Origin: Ilumatobacteraceae bacterium
GTDB lineage: Bacteria > Actinomycetota > Acidimicrobiia > Acidimicrobiales > Ilumatobacteraceae
DNA length: 64,000 nt
Reading direction: 5' to 3'
Assembly: GCA_044344715.1 (NCBI GenBank)
Contig: JBIJCI010000001.1
Location: forward strand, 13,713 to 77,712
Numbering within the stretch: the stretch's first letter is position 1; each line of letters begins with the position of its first letter. Below the pieces are notes generated by a model. That model worked only from the letters and a program-made list of their open reading frames with translations. It was not told the origin of the DNA and did no database searches. This document shows positions 50,871 through 60,876 of the stretch, piece by piece. The position numbers and the translations under genes are program-made.

Positions 50871-51548
50871 CTACTCGTCCGAGTTGAGGAGGACTTCGAC
50901 CTGGCTCGCCGCCGGCGGGAGATCAACCTCGGTGCCGTCTGGTGCGAAGACGAGTGCGACGGCCTGACCATCGTTGGTCAGGCGAACCGACCCGAGGTCG
51001 GCGATCGAAGTCTTCCTCGAACGATCGGCGCCCTGGACGTCCCACGTATCGACGAACACCGTGCCGCCCTTGCCGTCGCAGGCGGTCTCACCCTCGTCGA
51101 GCTTCACGCCGTCGTTGATGGACTCCGGGAACGTGATTCCGTCGTTGGACACCTCGATCGAGTACAGATCGAGCACGGCCGACAGGCGCGCCCGTCGCTG
51201 ACCGCTCAGCACCTGCGGCTGCCACTCGACGACACCCTCGCTGCCGGCGACGAGTGCGGCTCCCTCGCGTACCTCGGCGGGGTCGGAGATCACGGCGGTA
51301 TCGGGGAGTGCGATCCACGAATCACAGACGTAGACACCGAACGAGAGGTAGTACGTCGCGTTGGTGATGTCGGCGGCAGTCCGGTCCTCGGTGGTCTGCC
51401 GTGCATACGCAATGAGGGCGGCGCCGAGCGCCAGAACGACGATGATCACGGAAGGAAACACCGAACCACCGCGCAGACGGATGCCGCGCGGACCTCGGGT
51501 CTTGCTCTTCTCGGCGAGCTTGGCGATTTTCTTGGCGGACGACGTCAC
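50871..51548 (-). CDS. Hypothetical N-terminally anchored extracytoplasmic protein
   Basis: There is a GTGA overlap with the upstream GT4 stop. A Lys-rich cytoplasmic head (KKIAKLAEKSKTRG) and one TM are followed by a ~170-aa acidic domain. I recognise no family. Confidence 0.6.
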   Translation of the reverse strand: MTSSAKKIAKLAEKSKTRGPRGIRLRGGSVFPSVIIVVLALGAALIAYARQTTEDRTAADITNATYYLSFGVYVCDSWIALPDTAVISDPAEVREGAALVAGSEGVVEWQPQVLSGQRRARLSAVLDLYSIEVSNDGITFPESINDGVKLDEGETACDGKGGTVFVDTWDVQGADRSRKTSIADLGSVRLTNDGQAVALVFAPDGTEVDLPPAASQVEVLLNSDE

Positions 51549-52804
51549 GAGTCAGTCAGGCTATCGGACACCAGGCGGTCGTATGACTCGGCAACGTCCC
51601 GTGCGGTCGCCAGACGCTCCACGAAGGCACGACCCTGCCGGCCGCACCGTTCACGCCGTTCCGCATCAGCGGTGAGGCTCGAGATGGCCCGGACCATGGC
51701 CCCCGCATCGTCGGGTGGGATGCAGATGCCCGCACCCGCCCCGGTGACGAGGCGCTCGATCTCCGTGCCGGGATCTACGGCGGCAACGATGCACCGCCCC
51801 GACGCGAGGATCGAATAGGTCTTCGAGGGCACGCTCGCCGACGACAGCCCCGTACGCAGCGGCACGACGTGAACGTCGCCGGTGGCGAGAACCTCCGGCA
51901 GTCGGGCCTCCGGCTGGTAGTCACCGAATCGAACGTTGGGAACGTCACCGGCGAGCTCCTTCAATCGTCCGAGTGCCACCCCCGATCCGTTGATGACGAA
52001 GACGACGTCCGGAAGGCGTCGCGCTGCTTCGATCACGATCTCGAGCGACTGGGAGAAACCGACGTTGCCCGCGTACATCACCACGAGTTCGTCGCCGATG
52101 CCGAGCTCGCTCCGGTACGGCGTCATCCGATTCAGCGGCGTGATGCCCTGCACGTCGACGAAGTTCTCGATGACGTGCACCCGAGCGGCGAGGCGTGCCG
52201 GCAACTTGTCGCGGACGTTGCCTTGCAGGTCGCCCGAGAGAACCACGACCGCCGCCGACCGACGGTACGTGAAGCGCTCGAGCCACGACGCCACGGCGAT
52301 GACCACCGGGTTGCGTACCGCCCCGGTCTTTATCGCGGCGTCCGGGAACACGTCCTGCACGTTGAACACGAGCCTGCTCCGCCTGACGACGGCGACGAGC
52401 CAACCGACGATGCCCAACGTGAGCGGCGGGGACATCGCGATGACCGCATCGACGCGGCTCCGACGTCCGACGGATCGACCCGCGACGGCCGCACACACAC
52501 CGGCGATGGCGCTGAATGCAACGAAGCCGACGGCGCGTGCCACGAGATTCACCTTCGACTTGGCGGGAAACGGGTGCACGCGGGTGATCGATCCCCAGGC
52601 GGTCCGTTCACGCCGTACGAGTTGACCCCGCCACGCGGACTCCACCCGATGTTCGCGGTACCACGGCAACGAGGTCACGACGTGCACCTCGTGCCCGAGC
52701 GCGATCCAACCCTCGACGATTTGCGTCATCACCCTTCCGGTTGGTGCGATGTCCGGCGCGAAGTGCGGACACAGTACGACGAACGTTCTGCGCTTCGGAC
52801 TCAT
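51545..52804 (-). CDS. Family-4 (GT-B) glycosyltransferase, WcaI-like
   Basis: ATG at 52804 gives MSPKRRTFVVLCPHFAPDIAPTGRV, a WcaI-type N-terminus. The C-terminal half has a Glycos_transf_1-like pattern. Confidence 0.8.
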   Translation of the reverse strand: MSPKRRTFVVLCPHFAPDIAPTGRVMTQIVEGWIALGHEVHVVTSLPWYREHRVESAWRGQLVRRERTAWGSITRVHPFPAKSKVNLVARAVGFVAFSAIAGVCAAVAGRSVGRRSRVDAVIAMSPPLTLGIVGWLVAVVRRSRLVFNVQDVFPDAAIKTGAVRNPVVIAVASWLERFTYRRSAAVVVLSGDLQGNVRDKLPARLAARVHVIENFVDVQGITPLNRMTPYRSELGIGDELVVMYAGNVGFSQSLEIVIEAARRLPDVVFVINGSGVALGRLKELAGDVPNVRFGDYQPEARLPEVLATGDVHVVPLRTGLSSASVPSKTYSILASGRCIVAAVDPGTEIERLVTGAGAGICIPPDDAGAMVRAISSLTADAERRERCGRQGRAFVERLATARDVAESYDRLVSDSLTDS

Positions 52805-53925
52805 CGGCTCCCCGGTGCCAGCGTGCGACGGTAGGCGCCCGCAAGGTCGCGACCCGAGTCGACGGCGCGGAACGTGGCCGCCCGTGCGAGTCCGCGTGCC
52901 CTCCACAGGTCACGATCTTCGATCGCCGCATCGACGGCCGCCGACCAGGCCTCCGCGTCGAGGGGCAGCACCTGTCCCGCGCTTCCCACGACCTCGGGCA
53001 GGGCGGTCGCATCGGCGGCGATGACCGGTGTGCCGAGCGCCATCGCCTCGATGACGGGTGCACCGAAACCCTCGTACGAACTCGGAAAGACGAGTGCAGA
53101 GGACATCGCGAGGAGTCCGTCGCGATCCGCGTCATCGAGACGTCCGACGAGAACGACACGATGACCGAGGTTCAGTTCCTCGATACGTCGAACGAGGGCA
53201 TCGTGCGCCCGTCCCACTCCCCCGGCGAAGACGACCTGCACGTCGTCGCGCTTCAGCGGTCCGGCGAGCAGTTCGCAGAGGAAGCGATGGTTCTTGTGCG
53301 GATGGGTGATCGCGGGGTACGCCAGCACGTGCGGCGCCACCAACCCGAAACGCGACCGCAGCTCCGACTCGCCGGTGCGTTCCGCACCGATCGCAGCCTC
53401 GACGCCGTGGCGCACCACACTCACCTTCTCGGACGGCACACCGAGCCGCGCGATGACGGTCTGCCGCACGTATTCGCTCGGAACCGCGATGTGCGTGGCA
53501 CGACCTGCCGAAACCGGCATCCGGGCCGACAGGTAGGACAATCGTGCGCGCGAGAAGTACTGCGGATAGACGAGGTACTGCAGGTCGTGGATCGTGAGCA
53601 AGGTCGGCCGCGGACTGCGCGGTGGGAGCGTGCCTCCGCCGTGGTGAACGAGTCCGGCACCTGCGGCCCGGGCGGCGAACCACGTCGCCTCGCGAAGGAT
53701 GCGCAGTGGACGCCCACGTTCGCGCGACCGTGACTCGTGGAAGCGCACCGCCGTTGCGAGTTCGGGATGTGCGCCCGGAAATCCCCGCGGCACGTACGCA
53801 TCGACGTCGAAGGTTTCTCGATCCGCCTCGCGCAAGCCTGCGAGTTGCCTGACCAAGTACTGCTCCGATCCACCCACCTTGCCCGGCACGCACCACAACA
53901 GGTTCACCGCCACACGAATCGTCAT
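52801..53925 (-). CDS. Family-4/1 (GT-B) glycosyltransferase
   Basis: ATG at 53925 gives MTIRVAVNLLWCVPGKVGGSEQY. The FPSSYEGFGAPVIEAMALGTPVI E-x7-E region is typical of GT4. Confidence 0.82.
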   Translation of the reverse strand: MTIRVAVNLLWCVPGKVGGSEQYLVRQLAGLREADRETFDVDAYVPRGFPGAHPELATAVRFHESRSRERGRPLRILREATWFAARAAGAGLVHHGGGTLPPRSPRPTLLTIHDLQYLVYPQYFSRARLSYLSARMPVSAGRATHIAVPSEYVRQTVIARLGVPSEKVSVVRHGVEAAIGAERTGESELRSRFGLVAPHVLAYPAITHPHKNHRFLCELLAGPLKRDDVQVVFAGGVGRAHDALVRRIEELNLGHRVVLVGRLDDADRDGLLAMSSALVFPSSYEGFGAPVIEAMALGTPVIAADATALPEVVGSAGQVLPLDAEAWSAAVDAAIEDRDLWRARGLARAATFRAVDSGRDLAGAYRRTLAPGSR

Positions 53926-55031
53926 CGCGCACCCATCCGAACGGCGTCGCGGTACGCGCGCACCACGAGATCCGCCGTCCCCTCCCACGAGGCACCCTTG
54001 GCCCGCTCGACCCCGAGCTGCGACAACTCGCCGCGTCGTGACAGCGCATCCCGGATCCCGTCGGCGATCGACGACACCGAGTGCGGATCGACGAGCACCG
54101 CGGCGCCACCCGCGACCTCCTCGGTCGACGTCCCGACGCTGGTGACGACCGGCGTGCCCTGTGACATCGCCTCCAGGATCGGGAGTCCGAAACCCTCCAT
54201 CAACGACGGGTAGCAGAGCACCGAGGCTCCCGAGTACACGGCGGGCAGGTCGGCATCCGCCACGTGTCCGACGAAGGTCACGCGATCGTTCGCCGACGGA
54301 CGGGCTCGCACGTCGTCCCGACCCCAGCCAACGGAACCGGCAACCACGAGGGGCGGCACGTCCGCACCGAGGTTTCGGTGCGCCTCGATCAACCGGGGAA
54401 GGTTCTTGCGCGGCTCCAGGGTGCCGACGGAGAGCAGGTATTCAGCGGGCAGGCCGAGGCGACCGCGCACCTGCGCGGCCTCGGCGGCGCCGACCGTGCG
54501 CAGCCGAACGCCGAGTGGCACCAAGCGGAGGCGTTCCTCGTCGAATCCGTGTGCTGCGCAGTCCGCGAGCGTTGCACGCGACGAGCACATCACGATCACC
54601 GCCCGTCGCCGCAATTCCTCGAGCGAGCGCACGAACACCTGCGTGCCCCGCCGAGTGAAGAACTCGGGGTGCCGCAGGAACGCGAGGTCGTGGATGGTCG
54701 CCACCAGCGGCACGTCCGGGCCGGCCGGGAACGGAATGATCGACGTTGCGTGCAGCACGTCGATGCGACCCGTCGCGCGCTCCACGCGCGGCCGTCCGAA
54801 TCGCAGCATCGACTCGACCAGGAGCGCGCCACCGACCGGTAGGTGCGTCATCGGCACGTTGGGCACGTAGCCGGCCGTCGCAGGGCGGGCATGCCGACCC
54901 GCGACGCCGACGACCTCGACGTCATCCCGCTCCGACAGGGCTCGCCCCAGCTCGACCGCGGCGATTCCCGTACCACCCGGAACGTCACGCCAGCAGTGCT
55001 CGAAGGTGAGCGCAACGCGCACACGACTCAT
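53922..55031 (-). CDS. Family-4/1 (GT-B) glycosyltransferase
   Basis: GGTGIAAVELGRAL at the N-terminus and YPSLMEGFGLPILEAMSQGTPVV (the EX7E motif). Confidence 0.82.
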   Translation of the reverse strand: MSRVRVALTFEHCWRDVPGGTGIAAVELGRALSERDDVEVVGVAGRHARPATAGYVPNVPMTHLPVGGALLVESMLRFGRPRVERATGRIDVLHATSIIPFPAGPDVPLVATIHDLAFLRHPEFFTRRGTQVFVRSLEELRRRAVIVMCSSRATLADCAAHGFDEERLRLVPLGVRLRTVGAAEAAQVRGRLGLPAEYLLSVGTLEPRKNLPRLIEAHRNLGADVPPLVVAGSVGWGRDDVRARPSANDRVTFVGHVADADLPAVYSGASVLCYPSLMEGFGLPILEAMSQGTPVVTSVGTSTEEVAGGAAVLVDPHSVSSIADGIRDALSRRGELSQLGVERAKGASWEGTADLVVRAYRDAVRMGAR

Positions 55032-55074
55032 TGCCTACATTCTGGCGGTAGGTGCCCGCATACGCTGGAACATC

Positions 55075-56052
55075 ATGACGGTGCCGCGACGTGATCCCGG
55101 GTTCTGGCGCGGACGGGTCGTCGTCGTTACCGGCGGTGCGGGTTTCCTCGGCTCGCACGTCGTTCGCCTGTTGAGCGACGCCGGGGCCCACGTCCACGTG
55201 CCGCGTAGCGCCACCGTGGACCTGACGAAGCACGGCATCGCGCAGCAGTACCTGGCGGCGTTGCGCCCGAGCCACGTCATCCATCTCGCGGCGCGGGTGG
55301 GTGGCATCGGGTACAACCAAGCCGAGCCGGCGCCGTTGTTCCTCGACAACCTGCTGATGGGCACCAACGTGATCGAGGCGGCACGGGTCGTGGGCGTCGA
55401 GAAGACGACGATCCTCGGCACGGTGTGCAGTTACCCGAAGTACACCCCCGTTCCGTTCCGTGAGGAGTCGATCTGGGACGGATACCCGGAAGAAACGAAC
55501 GCGCCGTACGGGATCGCCAAGAAGGCACTGCTCGTGCACGCCCAGGTGAACCGGCAACAATACGGCCAGCGTTTCGCGTTCGTGATCCCGACCAACCTGT
55601 ACGGTCCCGGCGACAAGTTCCACGAGTCGGTCTCCCACGTGATTCCCGCACTGATCAAGAAGTGCGTCGATGCCAAGGAGCAGGGCCGGGGCAAGGTCTC
55701 GGTGTGGGGAACCGGCGCCGCCAGTCGTGACTATCTCTACGTCGGCGATGCAGCGGCAGCGATCATCCTGGCTACCGAGTTGTACGACGGCACGGAACCG
55801 CTGAACCTCGGCAACAACCGGGAGATCACCATCCGCGAGACCGCCGAGACGATCGCGCGAGTCGTCGGATTCGACGGCGAGCTCGCCTGGGATGCCACCA
55901 AACCCGACGGTCAACCCCGCCGACGCGTCGACGCGTCGCGCGCCGAAGCCGCGCTCGGGTGGCACGCACACACCGAGTTCGAGGCCGGGTTGCGCGCCAC
56001 CGTGGAGTGGTACCTCGCCAACCGCGCTGCCGCCGAGGCACCACAGCGGTGA
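55075..56052 (+). CDS. fcl: GDP-L-fucose synthase (GDP-4-keto-6-deoxymannose 3,5-epimerase/4-reductase)
   Basis: ATG at 55075. VVTGGAGFLGSH, the S..YP...P and YGIAKKAL (YxxxK) motifs, PTNLYGPGD, and length match Fcl/WcaG. Confidence 0.85.
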   Translation: MTVPRRDPGFWRGRVVVVTGGAGFLGSHVVRLLSDAGAHVHVPRSATVDLTKHGIAQQYLAALRPSHVIHLAARVGGIGYNQAEPAPLFLDNLLMGTNVIEAARVVGVEKTTILGTVCSYPKYTPVPFREESIWDGYPEETNAPYGIAKKALLVHAQVNRQQYGQRFAFVIPTNLYGPGDKFHESVSHVIPALIKKCVDAKEQGRGKVSVWGTGAASRDYLYVGDAAAAIILATELYDGTEPLNLGNNREITIRETAETIARVVGFDGELAWDATKPDGQPRRRVDASRAEAALGWHAHTEFEAGLRATVEWYLANRAAAEAPQR

Positions 56053-56840
56053 GCATTCCCCCGTCGCAGTTCCCGCCACCCGATCCGTGGCGGGACCTTC
56101 CCGACACCGACACCCCTCCCCACCGGCGGAGCGCCGATGAGCGCGTGCCGTTCGAATTCCGTCGCCCGTCACGGCGGCTCCAGGGCGTTCCACCGTTCGT
56201 CGTCAGCAACGCGTTGATCGCGATCAACGTCGGGATCTTCCTGTGGGTCACGCTCGGCGAGGTCGGCTCGGTGATGTTCGGCAGCACCGGGAGCGACCGC
56301 ACGATGAGCTTCGTCATCGCCCGCGAGTTCCTTGCACGCGGCGAGTGGTACCGCCTGGTGTCCTGCGGGTTCGTACATTTCGGCCTGATCCACGTCGGCT
56401 TCAACATGCTCCTGCTGTACCAACTGAGCCGGCTGATCGAACCCGTCATCGGCTCGCTCCGTTTCTCCCTCCTGTATTTCGCGTCGCTGCTCGGTGGTTC
56501 GCTCGGTGCGCTGTTGCTCTCCCCCGATGCGCTGACGGGCGGGGCGTCCGGCGCGGTGTTCGGCCTCATGGCCGCGAGCGTCGTGGGCGTCGGCCAGCGC
56601 GGCATCAATCCCCTGCGCACCGGTCTCGGACTCACGTTCGCAATCAACGTCCTGTTCACGCTCGCCGTGCCAGGGGTGTCGGTGGGTGGGCATTTCGGCG
56701 GCGCGGCGGTCGGCGCCATCGTCGGTGCGTTGACACTGGCGCCGCGGTCGTGGCACGTACCGTCGTGGGCGAGCGTCGCGGTTCCGATCGTCTCGAGCGG
56801 CGCGTGCGTGGCGGTTGCCGTCGCGTTCGTGCACGGATGA
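56049..56840 (+). CDS. Rhomboid-family intramembrane serine protease
   Basis: GTG at 56049 overlaps the fcl stop (GTGA). It has HFGLIHVGFNM, the catalytic GASGAVFG and the downstream GGHFGG (catalytic His). Confidence 0.85.
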   Translation: MSIPPSQFPPPDPWRDLPDTDTPPHRRSADERVPFEFRRPSRRLQGVPPFVVSNALIAINVGIFLWVTLGEVGSVMFGSTGSDRTMSFVIAREFLARGEWYRLVSCGFVHFGLIHVGFNMLLLYQLSRLIEPVIGSLRFSLLYFASLLGGSLGALLLSPDALTGGASGAVFGLMAASVVGVGQRGINPLRTGLGLTFAINVLFTLAVPGVSVGGHFGGAAVGAIVGALTLAPRSWHVPSWASVAVPIVSSGACVAVAVAFVHG

Positions 56841-56856
56841 GGCGGTCGCAACCACG

Positions 56857-57138
56857 ATGAGCACGCAGACCACGGAGTCGACCGACACTCGACGCGAACA
56901 CGAGCTGCAAACCGGCGAGCCGGAGTGCGCGCACATCGTGAAGACGGACGGCGACGAGTCCGCCGCCGCGAAGGTGCTGCAGGCACGCATCGAGGGAACG
57001 CCGATCGAGGCATTGTGCGGTCACCGATGGGTGCCCTCGCGTGATCCCAAGCAGCTACCGCTCTGCGGGAAGTGCAAGGACATCTACGACACGTACCGGG
57101 CGTTCAACGACGGGCTCCACGAATCACCGGGTGAGTGA
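56857..57138 (+). CDS. DUF3039 domain protein
   Basis: AHIVK...IEGTPIEALCGHRWVPSRDPKQLPLCGKCKDIY matches the conserved actinobacterial DUF3039 pattern. Confidence 0.75.
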   Translation: MSTQTTESTDTRREHELQTGEPECAHIVKTDGDESAAAKVLQARIEGTPIEALCGHRWVPSRDPKQLPLCGKCKDIYDTYRAFNDGLHESPGE

Positions 57139-57155
57139 GCCGTCGCACGGCGGTG

Positions 57156-60100
57156 TCAACGGAAGTCGCGCGAGGCCATGCGGATCGGCACCCGCAATTC
57201 GGTGAAACGCTCCCCGATCACGTTCACCACGCCCTCGGCATACTGCACGCGGCCGTGAACGAGCAATGCGCTCGCCCGACGCAACACCTCTGCGTGGCGC
57301 ACCCAGCAGCCGCGGGAGCAGAGCACGTTCATCAGGCCGGTCTCATCCTCGAGGCTGAAGAATGTGGTGCCCTTGGCCGTCATCGGTCGCTGGCGGTGCG
57401 TCACCACACCGGCGATGAGCACCCGTGACTCGGGTTCGCGTCCGGCGAGTTCGGTCAGTTCGTGCGCGGTGATCACCCCGAGTTCGCGCAACGACCGGCG
57501 CAGGAAGGTGGTGGGGTGACCCTCGGGTGACACACCCGTTGCCCAGAGATCGGCGACCGCCTCCTCCACCGGCTGCATGCCGGGTAGGTGCGGCGTCGAC
57601 ATGGTGGTAATGCCCTGCAGCCGATCGGGCGACGATTCGACCATGGCCCCCGCGTTCCACAGCGCGGTACGTCGCGACATATCGAACGACTCGCCGAATA
57701 CACCGGCAGTGGCGAGCGCCTCGAGTTGCTTCACCGAGATACCCGGCACACGACGCACGAGATCCTCGACGTCGTTGAACGGTCGCGCCGCTTCGATACG
57801 GGCCGCGAGTTCGGCGCCGATACCCCGTACCGAACCGATGCCGAGCCGCACGGCAAGACCACCGGTCGACTGCGCGTCGGGCTCCAGCCAGGCACCCGCG
57901 CGCGAGGCGTTGATGTCGGGCGTTCGGACCACCACCCCGTGACGTCGAGCGTCCTGCACGAGCGTATGCGGGGACCAGAACCCCATCGGCTGCGAGTTGA
58001 TGAGCGAGGCACAAAAGATCGCCGGCTCGTGCAGTTTGATCCACGCCGACGAGTACACGAGGTAGGCGAAACTCACGGAGTGGCTCTCGGGAAACCCGTA
58101 GTTGGCGAACGCTGCCATCTTGTCGTAGATCTCGTCGGCAACACCGCCGACGATGCCGCGCTGCGCCATGCCCTCGTACAACCGGTCGCGCAAGCGGATC
58201 ATGCGCGTCCTCGAGCGCTTCGATCCCATCGCCTGACGTAGTTCGTCGGCCTGTGACGGCGTGAAACCGGCGACGTCGATTGCCATCTGCATGAGCTGTT
58301 CCTGGAAGAGCGGCACGCCGAGCGTCTTGCCGAGGCTGTTCTCGAGCAACGGATGCAGGTAGGTGACGGGCTCCTGGCCGTTGCGGCGGCGGATGTACGG
58401 GTGCACCGAACCACCCTGGATCGGACCGGGACGGATGAGCGCCACCTCGACGACGAGGTCGTAGAAACGTCGGGGCTTCAAGCGCGGCAGTGTCGACATC
58501 TGCGCGCGGGACTCCACCTGGAACACTCCGACGCTGTCGGCTCGGCACAGCATGGCGTACACCTCGTCCTCCTGCGGAATCTCCGCCAGGTCGATACGCC
58601 GACCACGGAACTCGGCGACGTAGTCGATCGCCCGGTGCAGCGCCGAGAGCATGCCGAGCCCGAGCAGGTCGAACTTGACGAGGTTCACCGCCGCACAGTC
58701 GTCCTTGTCCCACTGCAGCACACTGCGGCCCGGCATCGTCGCCCACTCCACCGGACACACCTCGCTGACCGGACGATCACAGATCACCATGCCACCGGAG
58801 TGAATACCTAGGTGGCGCGGTGCATCCTGCACGCGCTGCGCCAACTGCACCACCAGGTCGGGCACGGTTACCTCGCACTGCTCCCTGACCGGGCTCCACG
58901 AGTCGAAACGGCGGCTGAAGGCGTCCTGCTCCGCGGCCGAGTACCCGAGTGCGCGCGCCATATCGCGCACCGCCGACCGGGCGCGGTAGGTGATCACGTT
59001 GGCAACCTGGGCGGCCCGCAGGCGTCCGTAGCGCCCGTACACGTACTGGATGACCTCCTCGCGACGGTCGCTCTCGATGTCGAGGTCGATATCGGGCGGT
59101 CCGTCGCGCTCGGCGGACAGGAAACGCTCGAACAACAATCCGAGCGAGACGGCGTCGGCCTTGGTGATGCCGAGCGAGAAGCACACCGCACTATTGGCCG
59201 CGCTTCCGCGACCTTGACAGAGGATGTCGTTGCGCTCGCAGAACTGCACGATGTCCCACACGACGAGGAAGTAACCGGGAAACCCGAGCCGCTCGATCAC
59301 GCCGAGTTCGTGGTCGATGGTGCGCCAGGCGCGCGAGCGCAGCGACAAGTCCTCGTGCGCGCCGAGCGGACGCTCGCCGTAGCGACGACGCCCGCCGACT
59401 TCGACGAGTTGCCGCAGGTACTGAATCTCGCTCGAACCATCGGGGCACGGAAACGGCGGCAGGTTGGGGGCGATGAGCGACAGGTCGAATGCGGCCGAAC
59501 GGGCGATGTCGACGGCGCGATCGACCACGCCGGGATACCGGGCGAAACGGTGGTGTTGCTCCGCCGCACTACGCAGGCACGCACCCGCCGCGGGTGGAAG
59601 ACGTGCGTCGAGGTCGTCGAGACTGCACCGGTTGCGCACCGCGGCAAGTGCGCACGCCAGCACGTGGTCACCCGGTGCCGCATACGACACGTCGTTGGTG
59701 GCCACCACGCCGACCTCGCACCGCGCGGCGAGCGCAGCGAGTGCATCGTTGCGCCATACGTCGAGCGGATCACCGTGGTTCCACACCTCGACGAGCACCC
59801 GATCACGACCGAATGCGTCGATCATCAGCCGGAGCGACTCCTGAGCCGACGACGGATCGACGCGCAGGCGGCGGGTGAGTGGTCCGTCGTGCGTGCCGGT
59901 GAGCACGAAACACTCCCCCTTCACGTGCCGCCCCAACGACTCGAGGTCGAACACCGGACGCGACTTCGACCCGCGCATCTGCCCCTCGGTGAGCGCACGC
60001 GACAGTGCGCCGTATCCCGCGGGTCCGTCGGCGATGATCACGATGTCCCCGAACGCGTCGGTACCACCGCACGACACCTCGGCGCCGAACACGGTGCGAA

Positions 60101-60284
60101 CCCCGGTTCCACGAGCCGCCTGGGCGAAACGAACCACCCCGTAGAAACCGTGTCGATCGGTGAGTGCGAGCGCACTCAGCCCGAGGTCGTCGGCAACCTC
60201 GATCAGGTGTTCGGGGGACGATGCGCCGTGCAGGAACGAGAACTGCGACCGGCAATGCAATTCGGCGTAGTTACGCGACGACAC
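57156..60284 (-). CDS. dnaE2: Error-prone DNA polymerase DnaE2 (ImuC)
   Basis: 1042 aa. The PHP-domain start YAELHCRSQFSFLHGAS, the Pol III alpha core and an OB-fold C-terminus. It has a GTG start, lies downstream of imuA'-imuB and is preceded by a LexA box. Confidence 0.93.
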   Translation of the reverse strand: MSSRNYAELHCRSQFSFLHGASSPEHLIEVADDLGLSALALTDRHGFYGVVRFAQAARGTGVRTVFGAEVSCGGTDAFGDIVIIADGPAGYGALSRALTEGQMRGSKSRPVFDLESLGRHVKGECFVLTGTHDGPLTRRLRVDPSSAQESLRLMIDAFGRDRVLVEVWNHGDPLDVWRNDALAALAARCEVGVVATNDVSYAAPGDHVLACALAAVRNRCSLDDLDARLPPAAGACLRSAAEQHHRFARYPGVVDRAVDIARSAAFDLSLIAPNLPPFPCPDGSSEIQYLRQLVEVGGRRRYGERPLGAHEDLSLRSRAWRTIDHELGVIERLGFPGYFLVVWDIVQFCERNDILCQGRGSAANSAVCFSLGITKADAVSLGLLFERFLSAERDGPPDIDLDIESDRREEVIQYVYGRYGRLRAAQVANVITYRARSAVRDMARALGYSAAEQDAFSRRFDSWSPVREQCEVTVPDLVVQLAQRVQDAPRHLGIHSGGMVICDRPVSEVCPVEWATMPGRSVLQWDKDDCAAVNLVKFDLLGLGMLSALHRAIDYVAEFRGRRIDLAEIPQEDEVYAMLCRADSVGVFQVESRAQMSTLPRLKPRRFYDLVVEVALIRPGPIQGGSVHPYIRRRNGQEPVTYLHPLLENSLGKTLGVPLFQEQLMQMAIDVAGFTPSQADELRQAMGSKRSRTRMIRLRDRLYEGMAQRGIVGGVADEIYDKMAAFANYGFPESHSVSFAYLVYSSAWIKLHEPAIFCASLINSQPMGFWSPHTLVQDARRHGVVVRTPDINASRAGAWLEPDAQSTGGLAVRLGIGSVRGIGAELAARIEAARPFNDVEDLVRRVPGISVKQLEALATAGVFGESFDMSRRTALWNAGAMVESSPDRLQGITTMSTPHLPGMQPVEEAVADLWATGVSPEGHPTTFLRRSLRELGVITAHELTELAGREPESRVLIAGVVTHRQRPMTAKGTTFFSLEDETGLMNVLCSRGCWVRHAEVLRRASALLVHGRVQYAEGVVNVIGERFTELRVPIRMASRDFR

Positions 60285-60848
60285 TCACTCACGATAGCGA
60301 ACATACGTTCGTAGGGCGGCCGTAAGCCCGCCCCGCAAGCCGGGATCGGCAACGGCGAACGCCTCGTCGGGCGCGAACCACCGGGCGTCGGGACTCTCCC
60401 CCTCTCCCGGACGCGGATCATCGTCACCGGCCAGCAACACGTACCGCACGTCGAAGTGCCGGTGCCCGCGGGGACCGGGATGCACGTCGAGGTGGATGAG
60501 TTGCGGACCGTCGTGCGGATGCGCCACGTGGAGGCCGAGCTCCTCCTGCGACTCGCGCACCGCCGCGGCGGCCGGATCCTCGTCGTGCTCGATATGACCG
60601 CCGGGCTGCAACCACAGACCAAGCCGCTTGTGCACGTGCAGGGCGACACCCCGACGACCGACGACTATCGCCGAGGCCGTGACGTGACGTACGTCGGCAT
60701 GTTCGCTGAGTGGAGCCGTCAGTTGCGGCACCACGTCGAGGAACTCGGCGATGGAGTCGCGTTCCCGGTCGTCGACCGGTGTCGCTGCACGGAAATGCGC
60801 GCACAACGATTCGACGAGTCGGACATCGTGCGGCGAGACGGCGGACAT
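60285..60848 (-). CDS. NUDIX hydrolase
   Basis: The NUDIX box GHIEHDEDPAAAAVRESQEELGL fits GX5EX7REUXEEXGU. ATG at 60848 is the likely start. The TGA stop abuts the dnaE2 GTG. Confidence 0.8.
   Translation of the reverse strand: MSAVSPHDVRLVESLCAHFRAATPVDDRERDSIAEFLDVVPQLTAPLSEHADVRHVTASAIVVGRRGVALHVHKRLGLWLQPGGHIEHDEDPAAAAVRESQEELGLHVAHPHDGPQLIHLDVHPGPRGHRHFDVRYVLLAGDDDPRPGEGESPDARWFAPDEAFAVADPGLRGGLTAALRTYVRYRE
60298..60311 (-). promoter_or_regulatory. LexA (SOS/Cheo-type) box upstream of dnaE2, followed by a TAnnnT -10-like hexamer
   Basis: The coding-strand sequence is CGAACGTATGTTCG (GAAC-N4-GTTC palindrome), then C, TATCGT (60296-60291), 6 nt and the GTG start at 60284. It lies inside the last 9 codons of the NUDIX ORF. 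Confidence 0.7.
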
Positions 60849-60876
60849 CGCAGACACGGTAGTGCTCGCTCGCGCA

